64,000 nucleotides of DNA, from the NCBI GenBank assembly GCA_963750165.1, contig CAVVPN010000011.1, positions 416,001 to 480,000 on the forward strand, read 5' to 3'. The position numbers and the translations under genes were made by a program. The stretch is from an uncultured Gemmataceae bacterium. Lineage in GTDB: Bacteria > Planctomycetota > Planctomycetia > Gemmatales > Gemmataceae. Under the pieces are notes generated by a model. The model searched no databases. It was given only the letters and a program-made list of their open reading frames with translations, and was not told the DNA's origin. This document shows, piece by piece, positions 1 through 9,663 of the stretch. Each line of letters starts with the position of its first letter. Position 1 is the stretch's first letter.

Positions 1-35
1 GCCTCCGCGATCAGGCTCAGCGCCGCGGGGCCTAA
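1..35 (+). CDS. 3' end of probable antitoxin (partial, runs off window)
   Basis: Reads ...LRDQAQRRGA-stop 5 nt before a PIN toxin start. Confidence 0.45.
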   Translation, partial: LRDQAQRRGA

Positions 36-40
36 CCGCC

Positions 41-421
41 ATGCTCGTCCTCGACACCGACGTACTGATCGACGTGCAACGCGGGCACGCCGCCGCCCTG
101 GCTTGGTTCGCAGGCCTCACTGAGCTGCCGACTGTGCCCGGGCTGGTCGTCATGGAGTTGATCCAGGGGGCGCAGAACGCCGGGCAGGTTCGCGATGTGT
201 TGCGGCTGACCGCTCCCCTGCCCATCGTCTGGCCGACGACCGCGGACTGCCAGCGGGCACTGGCCGACTTTACGGCCTTCCACCTGCCGCACGGACTCGG
301 GTTGCTGGACGCCCTGATCGCGGCCATCACCGTCGGTCTTTCGGCAGTGTTGTGTACGTTCAACGACAAGCACTACCGGATCGTGCCCGGCCTCGTGACG
401 GGCCAGCCCTACATCCGGTAG
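41..421 (+). CDS. PIN-domain (VapC-like) toxin
   Basis: LDTDVLID N-terminal motif, E and DALIAA acidic PIN residues, TFNDKHY end. Confidence 0.9.
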   Translation: MLVLDTDVLIDVQRGHAAALAWFAGLTELPTVPGLVVMELIQGAQNAGQVRDVLRLTAPLPIVWPTTADCQRALADFTAFHLPHGLGLLDALIAAITVGLSAVLCTFNDKHYRIVPGLVTGQPYIR

Positions 422-425
422 GCGG

Positions 426-515
426 GCCGAACCAGGTGTTGCACGTGACGGGCCAACTGAGGTCAATCGGATACGCCCAGCCCACTCGGCCCGCACGTGA
501 ATTGAGTTGTTCGGA
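426..515 (+). mobile_element. attC-like recombination site (family A, copy 1)
   Basis: GCCGAAC...GTTCGGA ends; inner imperfect palindrome TTGCACGTGACGGGCC/GGCCCGCACGTGAA with two unpaired bases; 4 nt after a stop codon. Confidence 0.8.
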
Positions 516-557
516 ACAGATTCGGTGGAAGGGGGCGAGTAGGGCTTGCTTGGGCAC

Positions 558-586
558 TTGACAGTCCTTCCCCTGGCCTGGACAAT
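558..586 (+). promoter_or_regulatory. sigma70-type promoter of TA cassette
   Basis: TTGACA-17bp-GACAAT upstream of the antitoxin. Confidence 0.55.
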
Positions 587-614
587 TCAGTGTCATCGCC
601 CGGGAGACCATCCG

Positions 615-827
615 ATGACCCCTGCACACCGCGTCGAAACCGTCCTCTCGGAAGACGGCAAGCTGTCGCTCGACCGGCTCCCCTTCCGGGCCGGCCAGGC
701 GGTCGAGGTGATCGTCCTGCCAGCGTCGGCCCCGGCGCCTGCTAGCCAGCCGCTCCGCGGCACACTCCTCCGCTACGACCGGCCAACCGAGCCGGTCGCC
801 GAGGCTGACTGGGACGCCCTCCGGTGA
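615..827 (+). CDS. Antitoxin-like small protein (AbrB-like, 70 aa)
   Basis: GGAG RBS; LPFRAGQAVEVIVL; stop overlaps the toxin start (GTGA). Confidence 0.75.
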   Translation: MTPAHRVETVLSEDGKLSLDRLPFRAGQAVEVIVLPASAPAPASQPLRGTLLRYDRPTEPVAEADWDALR

Positions 828-1213
828 TCATCCTGGACACCCACATTTGGGTCTGGTGGGTGGACGGCGGTGCCCAACTGCCCGCCGACTACGCCGCGCT
901 GCTCCAAGCGGAGGCACCCCAGGGGCTGGGGGTCTGCGCGATCTCTTGCTGGGAGGTGGCCAAGCTGGTCGAACTGGGCCGGCTCCAGTTCACGGTCCCG
1001 GTGGAGCAATGGCTGGCCCAGGCGCTGGCGCCACCCGTGCAACTGCTGACGCTCTCCCCGGAGGTGGCGGTCGGCTCGACTCGGCTGCCGGGCACTTTCC
1101 ACCGTGACCCGGCGGACCAGTTGATCGTCGCAACGGCCCGGCACTACGATTGCCCACTCGTGACGCTGGATCGCCTGATTCGGGCCTACCAGCACGTGCG
1201 GTTGGCCCCATAA
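824..1213 (+). CDS. PIN-domain VapC toxin
   Basis: IILDTHIWVWW, ISCWEVAKL, HRDPADQLIVATA, LVTLD motifs. Confidence 0.92.
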   Translation: MIILDTHIWVWWVDGGAQLPADYAALLQAEAPQGLGVCAISCWEVAKLVELGRLQFTVPVEQWLAQALAPPVQLLTLSPEVAVGSTRLPGTFHRDPADQLIVATARHYDCPLVTLDRLIRAYQHVRLAP

Positions 1214-1287
1214 TTGGCCAGGGCAAGACAAGCCGGCCGCCACCACCAGGGATTAAGAAAGCAGGGGCGGAGGCAAGAAGAAACCTG

Positions 1288-1377
1288 TCCGAACCAGCCG
1301 TTGCACGTGACGGGCCAACTGAGCGCAAACGGACACGCCCAGGTCACTCGGCCCGCACCTGAGCTATGGTGTTCGGA
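1288..1377 (+). mobile_element. attC-like site (family A, copy 2)
   Basis: TCCGAAC...GTTCGGA complementary ends with the same inner palindrome. Confidence 0.8.
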
Positions 1378-1398
1378 CACAAAAATGCAGGTAATTTT

Positions 1399-2325
1399 AT
1401 GACGATACCGCTTGAAGACCGCGCCGGCTACATCACTGCTGCTGACCCTGACTGGCTTGATACGCTCAGTGCCTCAGGGTTCGATCGGGTGGTTTACTAC
1501 AAGAACCCGTACAACGCTCCCAAGTTGCCGATTGGCTCCTGGTTTCTCTGCTACCGCCGGGGGGAACACCCTCCCCGCCTGCATCTTGCCGGCATGGTCA
1601 CCGCCGTCGAAGAGTTGTCGCTGGACGAAGCCTGGTCACGGTACGGGCTCCAGCTCGGGGTTGGCCACACCGCGCAAAGCCACTCCCAATGGATTGCAGT
1701 CGCCCGATCGGTGCTGCGCGATCACGTGACGAGCGTATGCTGCATCGAACTCCAGAATTTGCGCCGATACCAGCCAACAATTCTCCTGTCAACCATGGGC
1801 ATTGCCGTCAGTGGGGGGACAGGGCAAATGGGACAGGCTCTCTCCAACGAGCAGATTGATCGCTGCGAGGACTTGTTGCTGTCTTCGCCTCCACTTCTTC
1901 CAGGCGAGGCCGACGCGGCAGATGAACTCCCTAGTCGCATGGAGATCGCTATTGTTCGGGTTGTGCGAAGTAGTGCGGTAATCGAGTTTGTGAAGTCACT
2001 TTACAATTTCAAGTGCCAAGTGTGCTCGAAGGTCATTGTTACGCCGCGCGGACCGTATGCGGAAGGTGCCCACATTCAGCCGTTGGGCTCACCGCACAAC
2101 GGCGCGGACGATCCCAGCAACGTGCTTTGCCTGTGTCCCGAGCATCACGTCTTGCTCGATTACGGTGCTTTTTCGGTCGCGGAGGATTATTCTCTGTTGG
2201 GCATCCGAGGAAAGTTAGCCGTGAATACTCGCCACCCGGTTTCTCGGAAGAAGCTCCGGTACCATCAAGAGCATGTATATGTCAGGCCAGGGCAATGTGA
2301 GGCAAAGTTTGCGTTGAGGTCGTGA
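1399..2325 (+). CDS. HNH endonuclease with N-terminal PUA/EVE-like domain (putative restriction enzyme)
   Basis: CQVC...EGAHIQPL...NVLCLCPEHHVLLD HNH motif; lower GC than flanks; N-terminal fold is inferred. Confidence 0.8.
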   Translation: MTIPLEDRAGYITAADPDWLDTLSASGFDRVVYYKNPYNAPKLPIGSWFLCYRRGEHPPRLHLAGMVTAVEELSLDEAWSRYGLQLGVGHTAQSHSQWIAVARSVLRDHVTSVCCIELQNLRRYQPTILLSTMGIAVSGGTGQMGQALSNEQIDRCEDLLLSSPPLLPGEADAADELPSRMEIAIVRVVRSSAVIEFVKSLYNFKCQVCSKVIVTPRGPYAEGAHIQPLGSPHNGADDPSNVLCLCPEHHVLLDYGAFSVAEDYSLLGIRGKLAVNTRHPVSRKKLRYHQEHVYVRPGQCEAKFALRS

Positions 2326-2416
2326 GCGGGCCGTGAGGAGAAGGGGTGATGCCGGGAGAATCAAAGGGGTCAGGTTAGGTTTTCAAAAGAATTGGCGAGA
2401 AAAACAAGAAAACGGC

Positions 2417-2506
2417 CCCTAACCAGCCGTTGCACGTGACGGGCCATCTGAGGTCAAGCGGACACGCCCAGGTCACTTGGCCCGCACGTGAACTCTGTTG
2501 TTCAGC
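2417..2506 (+). mobile_element. attC-like site (family A, copy 3)
   Basis: CCCTAAC...GTTCAGC ends, conserved inner palindrome. Confidence 0.8.
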
Positions 2507-2533
2507 CAGCGGAGTGCAGATCGGAAGGGCAAG

Positions 2534-2845
2534 GTGGCGGCGAACATCTACGTCTACTGTCCGGCTGGCGCGGACGGCCTCTCCCGCTCTGACCTCGAAG
2601 CCGAGCTGGAGGCGTTCTTCGGCGGGGCAGCCGAGGACTGCGGGGCGGGCAGCGGGATCAAGGGGTTCAACCTTGACTACGAGCTGGCCGACGGAGCGGA
2701 CCCCGACGCCTGGGCCGAGCGCCTCAAGCCGTTCCTGGCGGGCATCGGGGTCCTCCCCGGCACCTTCTTCACAGTCTACCCGGACGGCTGGAAGCCGGGC
2801 CAGGCGTGGCGGCGGATCGAGGTCTTCGAGGGCTCCTTGCGGTGA
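2534..2845 (+). CDS. Hypothetical cassette protein (acidic, possibly immunity-like)
   Basis: GTG start after a purine-rich RBS just downstream of attC; GC3-rich codon usage. Confidence 0.6.
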   Translation: MAANIYVYCPAGADGLSRSDLEAELEAFFGGAAEDCGAGSGIKGFNLDYELADGADPDAWAERLKPFLAGIGVLPGTFFTVYPDGWKPGQAWRRIEVFEGSLR

Positions 2846-2902
2846 GAAGATCCCCGTTGTGCGGTAGACTGGTTGGGAGGGAAATCCAACTGGGAGACAG
2901 CC

Positions 2903-3166
2903 ATGCCAACTACCCAACCACGTCGAACCCCAGAGGAACTCGCTCAACTGGGCTCCGAGATCTTTCAGCGCGTTGTGCGTCCGGCGCTCAAACCCGAGGA
3001 AGACGGCAAGTTCGTCGCCATTGATGTCGCGACCAGCGACTCTGAGATCAACGAAGACGATTACACGGCGGTGATGCGTCTGCGAAGCCGCCATCCTTCG
3101 GGCGAGTTCTGGCTTGAGCGAGTGGGCGAACCGGGAACCATAGGGTCGAGACGAGTAACGACCTAA
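2903..3166 (+). CDS. Small DUF5678-like protein
   Basis: GKFVAIDVATSDSEI...WLERVG pattern; GGAG RBS. Confidence 0.6.
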   Translation: MPTTQPRRTPEELAQLGSEIFQRVVRPALKPEEDGKFVAIDVATSDSEINEDDYTAVMRLRSRHPSGEFWLERVGEPGTIGSRRVTT

Positions 3167-3265
3167 GGAGGCGCCGAACAACAACTTCGTAGGACGGCTC
3201 TCCAGAGCCGTCCCGACGGCTCTGGAGAGCCGTCCTACTCTTGGAAGTTGTTGTTCGGCGCCTCC
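3167..3265. mobile_element. 99-bp MITE-like element with 22-bp TIRs, TAA flanks and internal GTAG REP doublet
   Basis: TAA-GGAGGCGCCGAACAACAACTTC...GAAGTTGTTGTTCGGCGCCTCC-TAA. Confidence 0.7.
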
Positions 3266-3308
3266 TAACCAACGGCTGAAGCTGGTCGAGCAGGCAGGAC
3301 AGACGACT

Positions 3309-3494
3309 TGCAAGCAATTCTCAATCGGGCGCCAGATCTCGACGTGTGAAAAAGTTGGCCCCCTTGGCCCCCTTGGCCCCCTTGCTGTGACAGGCGGCGC
3401 CAGCGCGTGTCTTACCGGGACCAACCCGGGCCATGCTGCCGGCGCATGGTGCGGGTAGTCGAAGGACCTTTTGCAAGGAATGCAGCGCGCGGAG
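3309..3494. repeat. Dispersed ~185-bp element with three 9-mer tandem units (copy 1; copy 2 at 43831)
   Basis: Shared blocks TGCAAG.AATTC, GTGAAAAAGTTGGC, CCTTGCTGTGACAG, TTGCAAGGAATG. Confidence 0.7.
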
Positions 3495-3560
3495 CAGCCC
3501 GCCGCTGGCTCCCGTCCGAAGTCTCACGACTTCGGCTCCGCAACTGGTGTGGTGAACCGT

Positions 3561-4634
3561 TTAATGGTGCCCCTGCTCGGCGAGCCAACGCTCGGCGTCG
3601 AGGGCGGCCATGCAGCCGCTGCCGGCGGCGGTGACAGCCTGGCGGTAGTAGTCGTCGGCCACGTCGCCGGCGGCGAAGACACCTGGCACGCTGGTGTTGC
3701 TGCGCTGCGGCGTCGTCCAGCGGATGTAGCCGTTCGACTTCAACTCGATCTGGCCGGCCAGGAAGTCGGTGTTGGGCGTGTGGCCGATGGCGCAGAACAT
3801 GCCCGCGGCCGCCAGTTCTTCCTGCTGCCCGTCCACCGTGCTTTTGAGCCGCACGCCCGTGACGCCCGCTTCCGGGTTGCCGAGCACCTCGTCCACCACG
3901 CGGTTCCACTTCATCTCGACCTTGGGGTTGTCCCGCACGCGCTGCTGCATGATCTTGCTGGCGCGGAGCTGGTCGCGGCGGTGGACCAGGTACACCTTGG
4001 TGGCGAACTTGGTCAGGTAGGTCGTTTCCTCGACCGCGGTGTCGCCGCCACCGACCACCACCAGCGGCTTGTTGCGGAAACGCGGCAGCGCCCCGTCGCA
4101 GACCGCGCACGCCGAGACGCCGTTGTTCTTCAGGCGGTCTTCCGACGGCAGGCCGAGGTAGTTGGCGCGGGCGCCGGTGGCGATGATGACCGTCAGCGCC
4201 TCGACGGTCTGGCCCTCCAGCCTGAACAGCTGGAACGGATAGCGTTTGAAGTCCACGCGGACGATGTCGTCGGTGATGATCCGCGTGCCGAAATTGACGG
4301 CCTGCTGGCGGGCCAGTTCCATCATTTCGGGGCCGGTGGCGGCGCGCTTGCCGGAGTGGAACTTTTTGCCCTCATACAGCGGGCCGAAGCGCTCCGGCGG
4401 CAGGGCGGATTTCGCCAGCTGCTTGATGGCGTCCGTGTCGGCGAACGGCCATGTCGGAAAGTTCTCGACCTCCGTGGTCAGGTTCAGCTGACCCAGCGGC
4501 AGCGTGCCCTTGATGTTGTTCTCCTGCGTAACCGCCCCCTCGAAGACCAGCGGTTGCAGGTTCGCCCGCGCCGCGTAAATCGCCGCCGTCCAGCCCGCCG
4601 GGCCCGATCCGACAATGACCACCTTTTCTGCCAT
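3561..4634 (-). CDS. trxB: Thioredoxin-disulfide reductase
   Basis: [34 protein letters not shown]. Confidence 0.95.
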   Translation of the reverse strand: MAEKVVIVGSGPAGWTAAIYAARANLQPLVFEGAVTQENNIKGTLPLGQLNLTTEVENFPTWPFADTDAIKQLAKSALPPERFGPLYEGKKFHSGKRAATGPEMMELARQQAVNFGTRIITDDIVRVDFKRYPFQLFRLEGQTVEALTVIIATGARANYLGLPSEDRLKNNGVSACAVCDGALPRFRNKPLVVVGGGDTAVEETTYLTKFATKVYLVHRRDQLRASKIMQQRVRDNPKVEMKWNRVVDEVLGNPEAGVTGVRLKSTVDGQQEELAAAGMFCAIGHTPNTDFLAGQIELKSNGYIRWTTPQRSNTSVPGVFAAGDVADDYYRQAVTAAGSGCMAALDAERWLAEQGHH

Positions 4635-4710
4635 GATGTCTGCTCCTTCTGCTGAGTCCACGTGTATTGTTCACTGATAGGACACGGTTCGGCAAGTTCA
4701 ACCCGTCGCT

Positions 4711-4776
4711 TTGGTCGGAGCCCGAGCGCCAGCGCGGAGCAGACTCTGCCCCGCGTGGCGCTCGGGCTTCGACCAA
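4711..4776. repeat. Palindromic REP-like repeat, family GAGCCCGAGCG (copy 1)
   Basis: TGGTCGGAGCCCGAGCGCC...GGCGCTCGGGCTTCGACCA; related copies at 19154 and 63560. Confidence 0.75.
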
Positions 4777-4880
4777 TCACGAACGCGCATGGCGCTCCCG
4801 TATGGGTCTTGCTGCGCGGCAGCGCGTCGGCGAAGATCACAGGGAGACTCCTGGCAGTGTGAGGCTCCTTTCTGGAGGGC

Positions 4881-5075
4881 ATGGTCATGCGGCCGCGCGG
4901 ACAGTTGTGGTACGAGTTGCAGCGGATTTGTCAGGACTTCCGTGAGTTTTCCGGTCTGGAGAAGGCCGAGGCGCTGGACGTGATGATCGCCGTCCTGCGC
5001 AACCTGCTGGCGGACACCGAGGAAGAGCGCGACAAGCTGACGGGCGGCGGTACCGAGGCGCCGCCGCCCACGTGA
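4881..5075 (+). CDS. Small helical hypothetical protein
   Basis: GGAGG RBS, GC3-rich codons. Confidence 0.55.
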   Translation: MVMRPRGQLWYELQRICQDFREFSGLEKAEALDVMIAVLRNLLADTEEERDKLTGGGTEAPPPT

Positions 5076-5489
5076 CGCCGCTCAGAACCAGAACGTCACC
5101 GGTTTGACCCCGGCTCGCTCCAGCAGGTGCGTTTGGTCGTTGCATCCACCACCTTGCTGCTCGGAACGGATTTCGGACAGCGCGGCAACCGCCGGAGCGT
5201 GCCGATTTTTCGGTGAGAATTTCTTTCCCCCCGTCCCAGGAATCCGTTAGAACAGAAGGAGGGGAGGAAAGCACCTCCCGCGACCCCGGCACCAACCCAC
5301 CAAACGGGTAACTCGGCGCTTCGGTAGCCGACCCGCCTCGCTGCTCGCCTTTGCCTTCTCCTGGCTCGCCGATCCCAGACAGCAGGTTCGGCGGTCGCAA
5401 CCTGGCGAGAACCTTCCGGCGTTGCTCCTGGATATAGGAGTTTGCTGCGGTGCGAAGAAACCAGGATTGCGGCCTCCAGGTAAACGTTC

Positions 5490-8400
5490 ATGACGCCATC
5501 CCGCCTCCGACGCACGGTGCCCTTCGTCCTGGTAAGTGCCGGCCTGGCCGCGCTCGCCTGGCTCGGCGCCGCCGCGCCCAGTGGCGGTCAAGCGCAGCCC
5601 CGTGACCTCGCGGCCGACTACACGCAGCAGGTCCGGCCGCTGCTCCAGAAGTATTGCCTGGCGTGCCACTCCACCAAGGTCCACAAGGGCGACATCGACC
5701 TGGAGCGCTTCACTGGGCTCGCCGCGATCCGCAAGGATCTGCACCCCTGGGAGCAGGTGGCCGACCAGCTGGAGATCGGCGAGATGCCACCGCGCGGCAA
5801 ACCGCAGCCCAGCGCCCAGGAGCGCAAAGTGCTGGTCGGCTGGGTGCGTGCGGTCCTTGATGCCGAGGCGCGGGCGCTGGCGGGCGACCCGGGGCCGGCC
5901 GTCCTGCGCCGACTCAACAACGCCGAGTACACCAACACCCTCCGTGACCTGACCGGCGTTGAGTTGCAGCCGGCCCGCGAGTTCCCCGCCGATAGCGCCG
6001 CTGGCGAGGGCTTCACCAACACGGCCGCGACGCTGACCATGTCGCCGGCGCTGATCGACCGCTACTTCAAGGCCGCCCGGGACGTGGCGGCGCACGCGGT
6101 GCTGCTGCCCGACGGCTTCCGCTTTTCGCCGTCGGCCGGCCGCCGCGACTGGAGCAACGAGGCCCTGGCGACAGTTCGCCAGGCATACGCGGCGTATCCA
6201 ACGGACGGCAAGCTGCCGCTGCTGCCTTATGTGCAAGCGACGCTCAAGCACCGCGACGCCCTGAAGGCGGGCACGGTCAAACTGGAGGCCGTTGCCGCCA
6301 CGGAGAAGCTGAGCCCGAAATACTTGCACGCCCTGTGGAACGCTCTCAACGATCCGGCGCGGTCGCATCCGCTGGACCTGATCCGGGCGCGGTGGCAGAA
6401 GGCCAAGCCGAAGGACGCCCCCGCGCTCGTCGCCGAGGTGGCGCGCTGGCAGGCCATCCTCTGGGAAACCGGTCGGATCGGTAGCTACACAAGGGGCGAC
6501 CGCACCCGGCCGCGCGACAGCCTCACGCGGCAAATGCCGAGCGACCCGCCGGCCCGCGAAACGGCGCCGCTGCGGCTCGCGCTGAAGCCGGCGCCCGGCC
6601 AGGCGGAGGTGCTGCTCACGCTCGCCGCGCGTGAACTGGTTTCCCCCGATGCGAAGGGGCAAATCCTCTGGCAGCGACCGCGGTTCGAGGCGAAGAACCA
6701 GCCGACACGCTTGCTCCGCGATTATGCCAGTTTCGGACCCGCCTATGAGATCGATACCGCCGCGTTCTTCAAGGACGCCGCGAAATATCTCGCCGCAGTC
6801 ACCGACTTCGCCCATGACCGCAAGCGTACGCTTGCCGACCTCGCCAGGCAGCACGCGCTCGATCCGGCCCGGCTCAAAAACTGGATCGCCCTGGTGGCGC
6901 TGGAGCCCGCGAAAAAAGCGGGTGATCCGCCGCCGCCCCTGAAGTTCCTGCCGGCGGCGCCCTGACGCTCCTCGATGAACCGACGCCAAAGAACCCGCAA
7001 CGTCCCGCGATCAACGGCTGGCGTGGCAAGGGAGCCGAACTACCGGTCGTCCTGGCGAACGCCTCGGACCGCACCGAGAAGATCCCGGGGACGATGCGAC
7101 CGCACTGCGTGGCCGTCCACCCGATGCCGAAGGAACTTGTGGGCGTCGTCTGGACGCACCCCAAATCCGGCCCGGTGCGCGTGTCGGCCCACATCCACCA
7201 CGTCCACCCAGCATGCGGCAACGGCGTTGCCTGGTGGCTGGAGGTGCGGCGCGGCGTGCAGGCCGCGGTGCTCGCGCATGGTGCGCTGGACCTCGGCGGC
7301 GAAATCAAGATCCCTGCGCGCGCGGTCCAACTGGAAGCCGGCGATTCTCTGGCCCTGCTCATCGACGCCCGCAATGGCGAGCACACCTGCGACATGACCG
7401 AGATCGGCCTGACCGTGACCGAGGACGCGAAGGCCGGCCGCACCTGGGACCTGGCCGGCGACGTGGCCGACTCGATCCTCGTGGGCAACGCGCACGCCGA
7501 TCGCTTCGGCAACAAGGCCGTCTGGAGTTTCGTCAAGGGCCCGGCACGTCCGACCACCGCGGTGGCTAGCGGCGCTCACCCGGCCTATCCTGCGAACTCG
7601 CTGCTTGCTCGCTGGCGCGCCAGCGCCGCCGACCCCGCGCGCGGGCCGAGGCCGGCAAGCTCGCCGTCCAGGTGCAGGCGCTGCTTACCGGTCCGCGTCC
7701 GGCCGGGAAGGACGCATCAACCTATGACACTTTGCTGGCAGCCGATGGCCCGCTCTTCAAGGGTCTGGACCTGGCCAAACTGCCGCGTCTCGCCGCGGGC
7801 AAGGTGCCGTTCGGGCTGGCGAAGGACCGCTTCGTCGGTCCCGGCGATCTCGTCCCGGCGAACAGCAAGGCCGCTGAGGTCCGCCTGCCGGCCGCCCTGT
7901 TCCGCGATTACGTCTTCGTGGTCGATGTCGCGCTGCCGAAGGGGTCGGCGGGGGTGGTGCAGGTGACCGTCGCGCCGGCGGCCCAGGACGGTGTCAGCGC
8001 CATCATCGCGGCGGACAGCCCGGCTTACAAGAAACTGCTCAAAGGCCACGACGCCTTCCGGCGCGTCTTTCCGCTGTTCGTCTGCTTCCCAAGGGTTGTG
8101 CCGGAAGACGAGACGGTCTCGCTGAAGATGTTCCACCGCGAGGACGAACCACTGCGGCGGCTGTTCCTGGACGACGCGGCAGCACGGCGGCTCGACCGAC
8201 TCTGGGTGGAACTGCGGTTCATCAGCCGCCAGCCGGTCGCGGAGTACGATTACCTGCCGCAGTTCATGGAGTACACCACCCAGGACACGCCGAAGGAATT
8301 GCAGCAGTTTTTCATCGACCGCAAGCCGCTGTTCAAGAAAAAGGCGGCGGCGTTCCAGGCCGAGGAGGCGGCGGCCGTGCCGGCCCAGTTCGACGCGCTC

Positions 8401-9642
8401 GCCGACTTCGCCGCCCGCGCCTACCGCCGGCCGCTGCGGCCCGCGGAGCGGCAGCAACTACTGGCCCAGCACGCGGCGCTGCGCAAGAAAGGCGTGAGCC
8501 ACGATGAGGCGTTCCGCTCGGTGCTGACGCGCGTGCTCGTCTCGCCGCACTTCCTCTACCGCGTCGAAGCGCCGCCACCGGGCGTGAAGCCGGCACCCGT
8601 CTCCGACCTGGAACTGGCGACGCGCCTCAGCTACTTCCTCTGGGCGTCCATGCCCGACGACGAACTGCGCCGGCTCGCGGAGAAGGGGCAATTACGCGAC
8701 CGCAAAACGCTGCGGTCGCAGACGGAGCGGTTGCTGCGGTCGCCGCGGGTGCGCGGCCTGGCGACCGAGTTCGGCATGCAGTGGTTGCAGGTGCGCGACA
8801 TCCTGGAGCACCGCGAAAAGAGCGAACAACTCTTTCCGACCTTCGATGATAAATTGCGCGCCGCCTTCTTCGAGGAGGCCGCCCTGCTGTTCCAGGACCA
8901 TTTCCAGAACGACCGCCCGGTGTCCGAGTTGCTTGAAGGCGATCACATCTTCGTCAACGAGACGCTGGCCCGGCACTACGGCCTGAATGACGTGAAAGGC
9001 CCGAAGTGGCGGAAACGCGCGGGTGCGAGCAAGCTCGGCCGCGGCGGTGTCCTGACCCTTGCCGCGGTGCTGACCAAGCAGGCCGGCGCGTCGCGCACCA
9101 GTCCCGTGCTGCGCGGCAACTGGATCGTGCAGACGCTCCTCGGCGAGAAGTTGCCCCGGCCGCCCGCAGACGTGCCGCAGCTGCCCGCGGGCGAGGACAC
9201 CAGCAAATTGCCCGTGCGTCAGCTGGTCGAGTTGCACACGAAGGACGCGCGCTGCGCCCACTGTCACGTCCGCATTGATCCGTATGGCTTCGCGCTGGAG
9301 GGCTACGACCCCATCGGCCGGCGGCGCGTGAAAGACCTCGCCGGCCGGCCCGTCGATACCCGGGCGACGCTGCGGGATGGCATCACGTTCGACGGCATAG
9401 AGGGGTTGCGCCGCTATCTGGTGAAGGAACGGCGCGAGGATTTTGTGCGCACCTTCTGCCGCAAGCTGCTAGGCTATGCGCTGGGCCGCTCGCTCACGCT
9501 CGCCGATCAGCCGCTGCTCGACGAGATGCAACGGTCGCTACGCGCCCACGACTACCGGGTGTCCGCCGCGATCCTGCCGATTGTGGAGAGCACTCAGTTC
9601 CGTTACCTTCGTGGGGCGAAGACGGCCGCGGACGAACGCTAA
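5490..9642 (+). CDS. Planctomycete cytochrome c / DUF1587-DUF1592-DUF1588-DUF1585 protein (split by ~2 frameshifts)
   Basis: CLACH, LRRLNNAEYTNTLRDL, LATRLSYFLWASMPD, RTSPVLRG, CAHCH; frames join near 6960 and 7645. Confidence 0.85.
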
Positions 9643-9663
9643 ACTCCGACACCGAGGTTTGCC

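Noticed and set aside
426..2506. CRISPR array
   Set aside because: Repeats are ~90 bp and separated by whole genes; no cas genes; attC architecture fits better
5258..5280. RNase P RNA (GAGGAAAG)
   Set aside because: Lacks GAGGAAAGTCC and the matching 3' P4 strand
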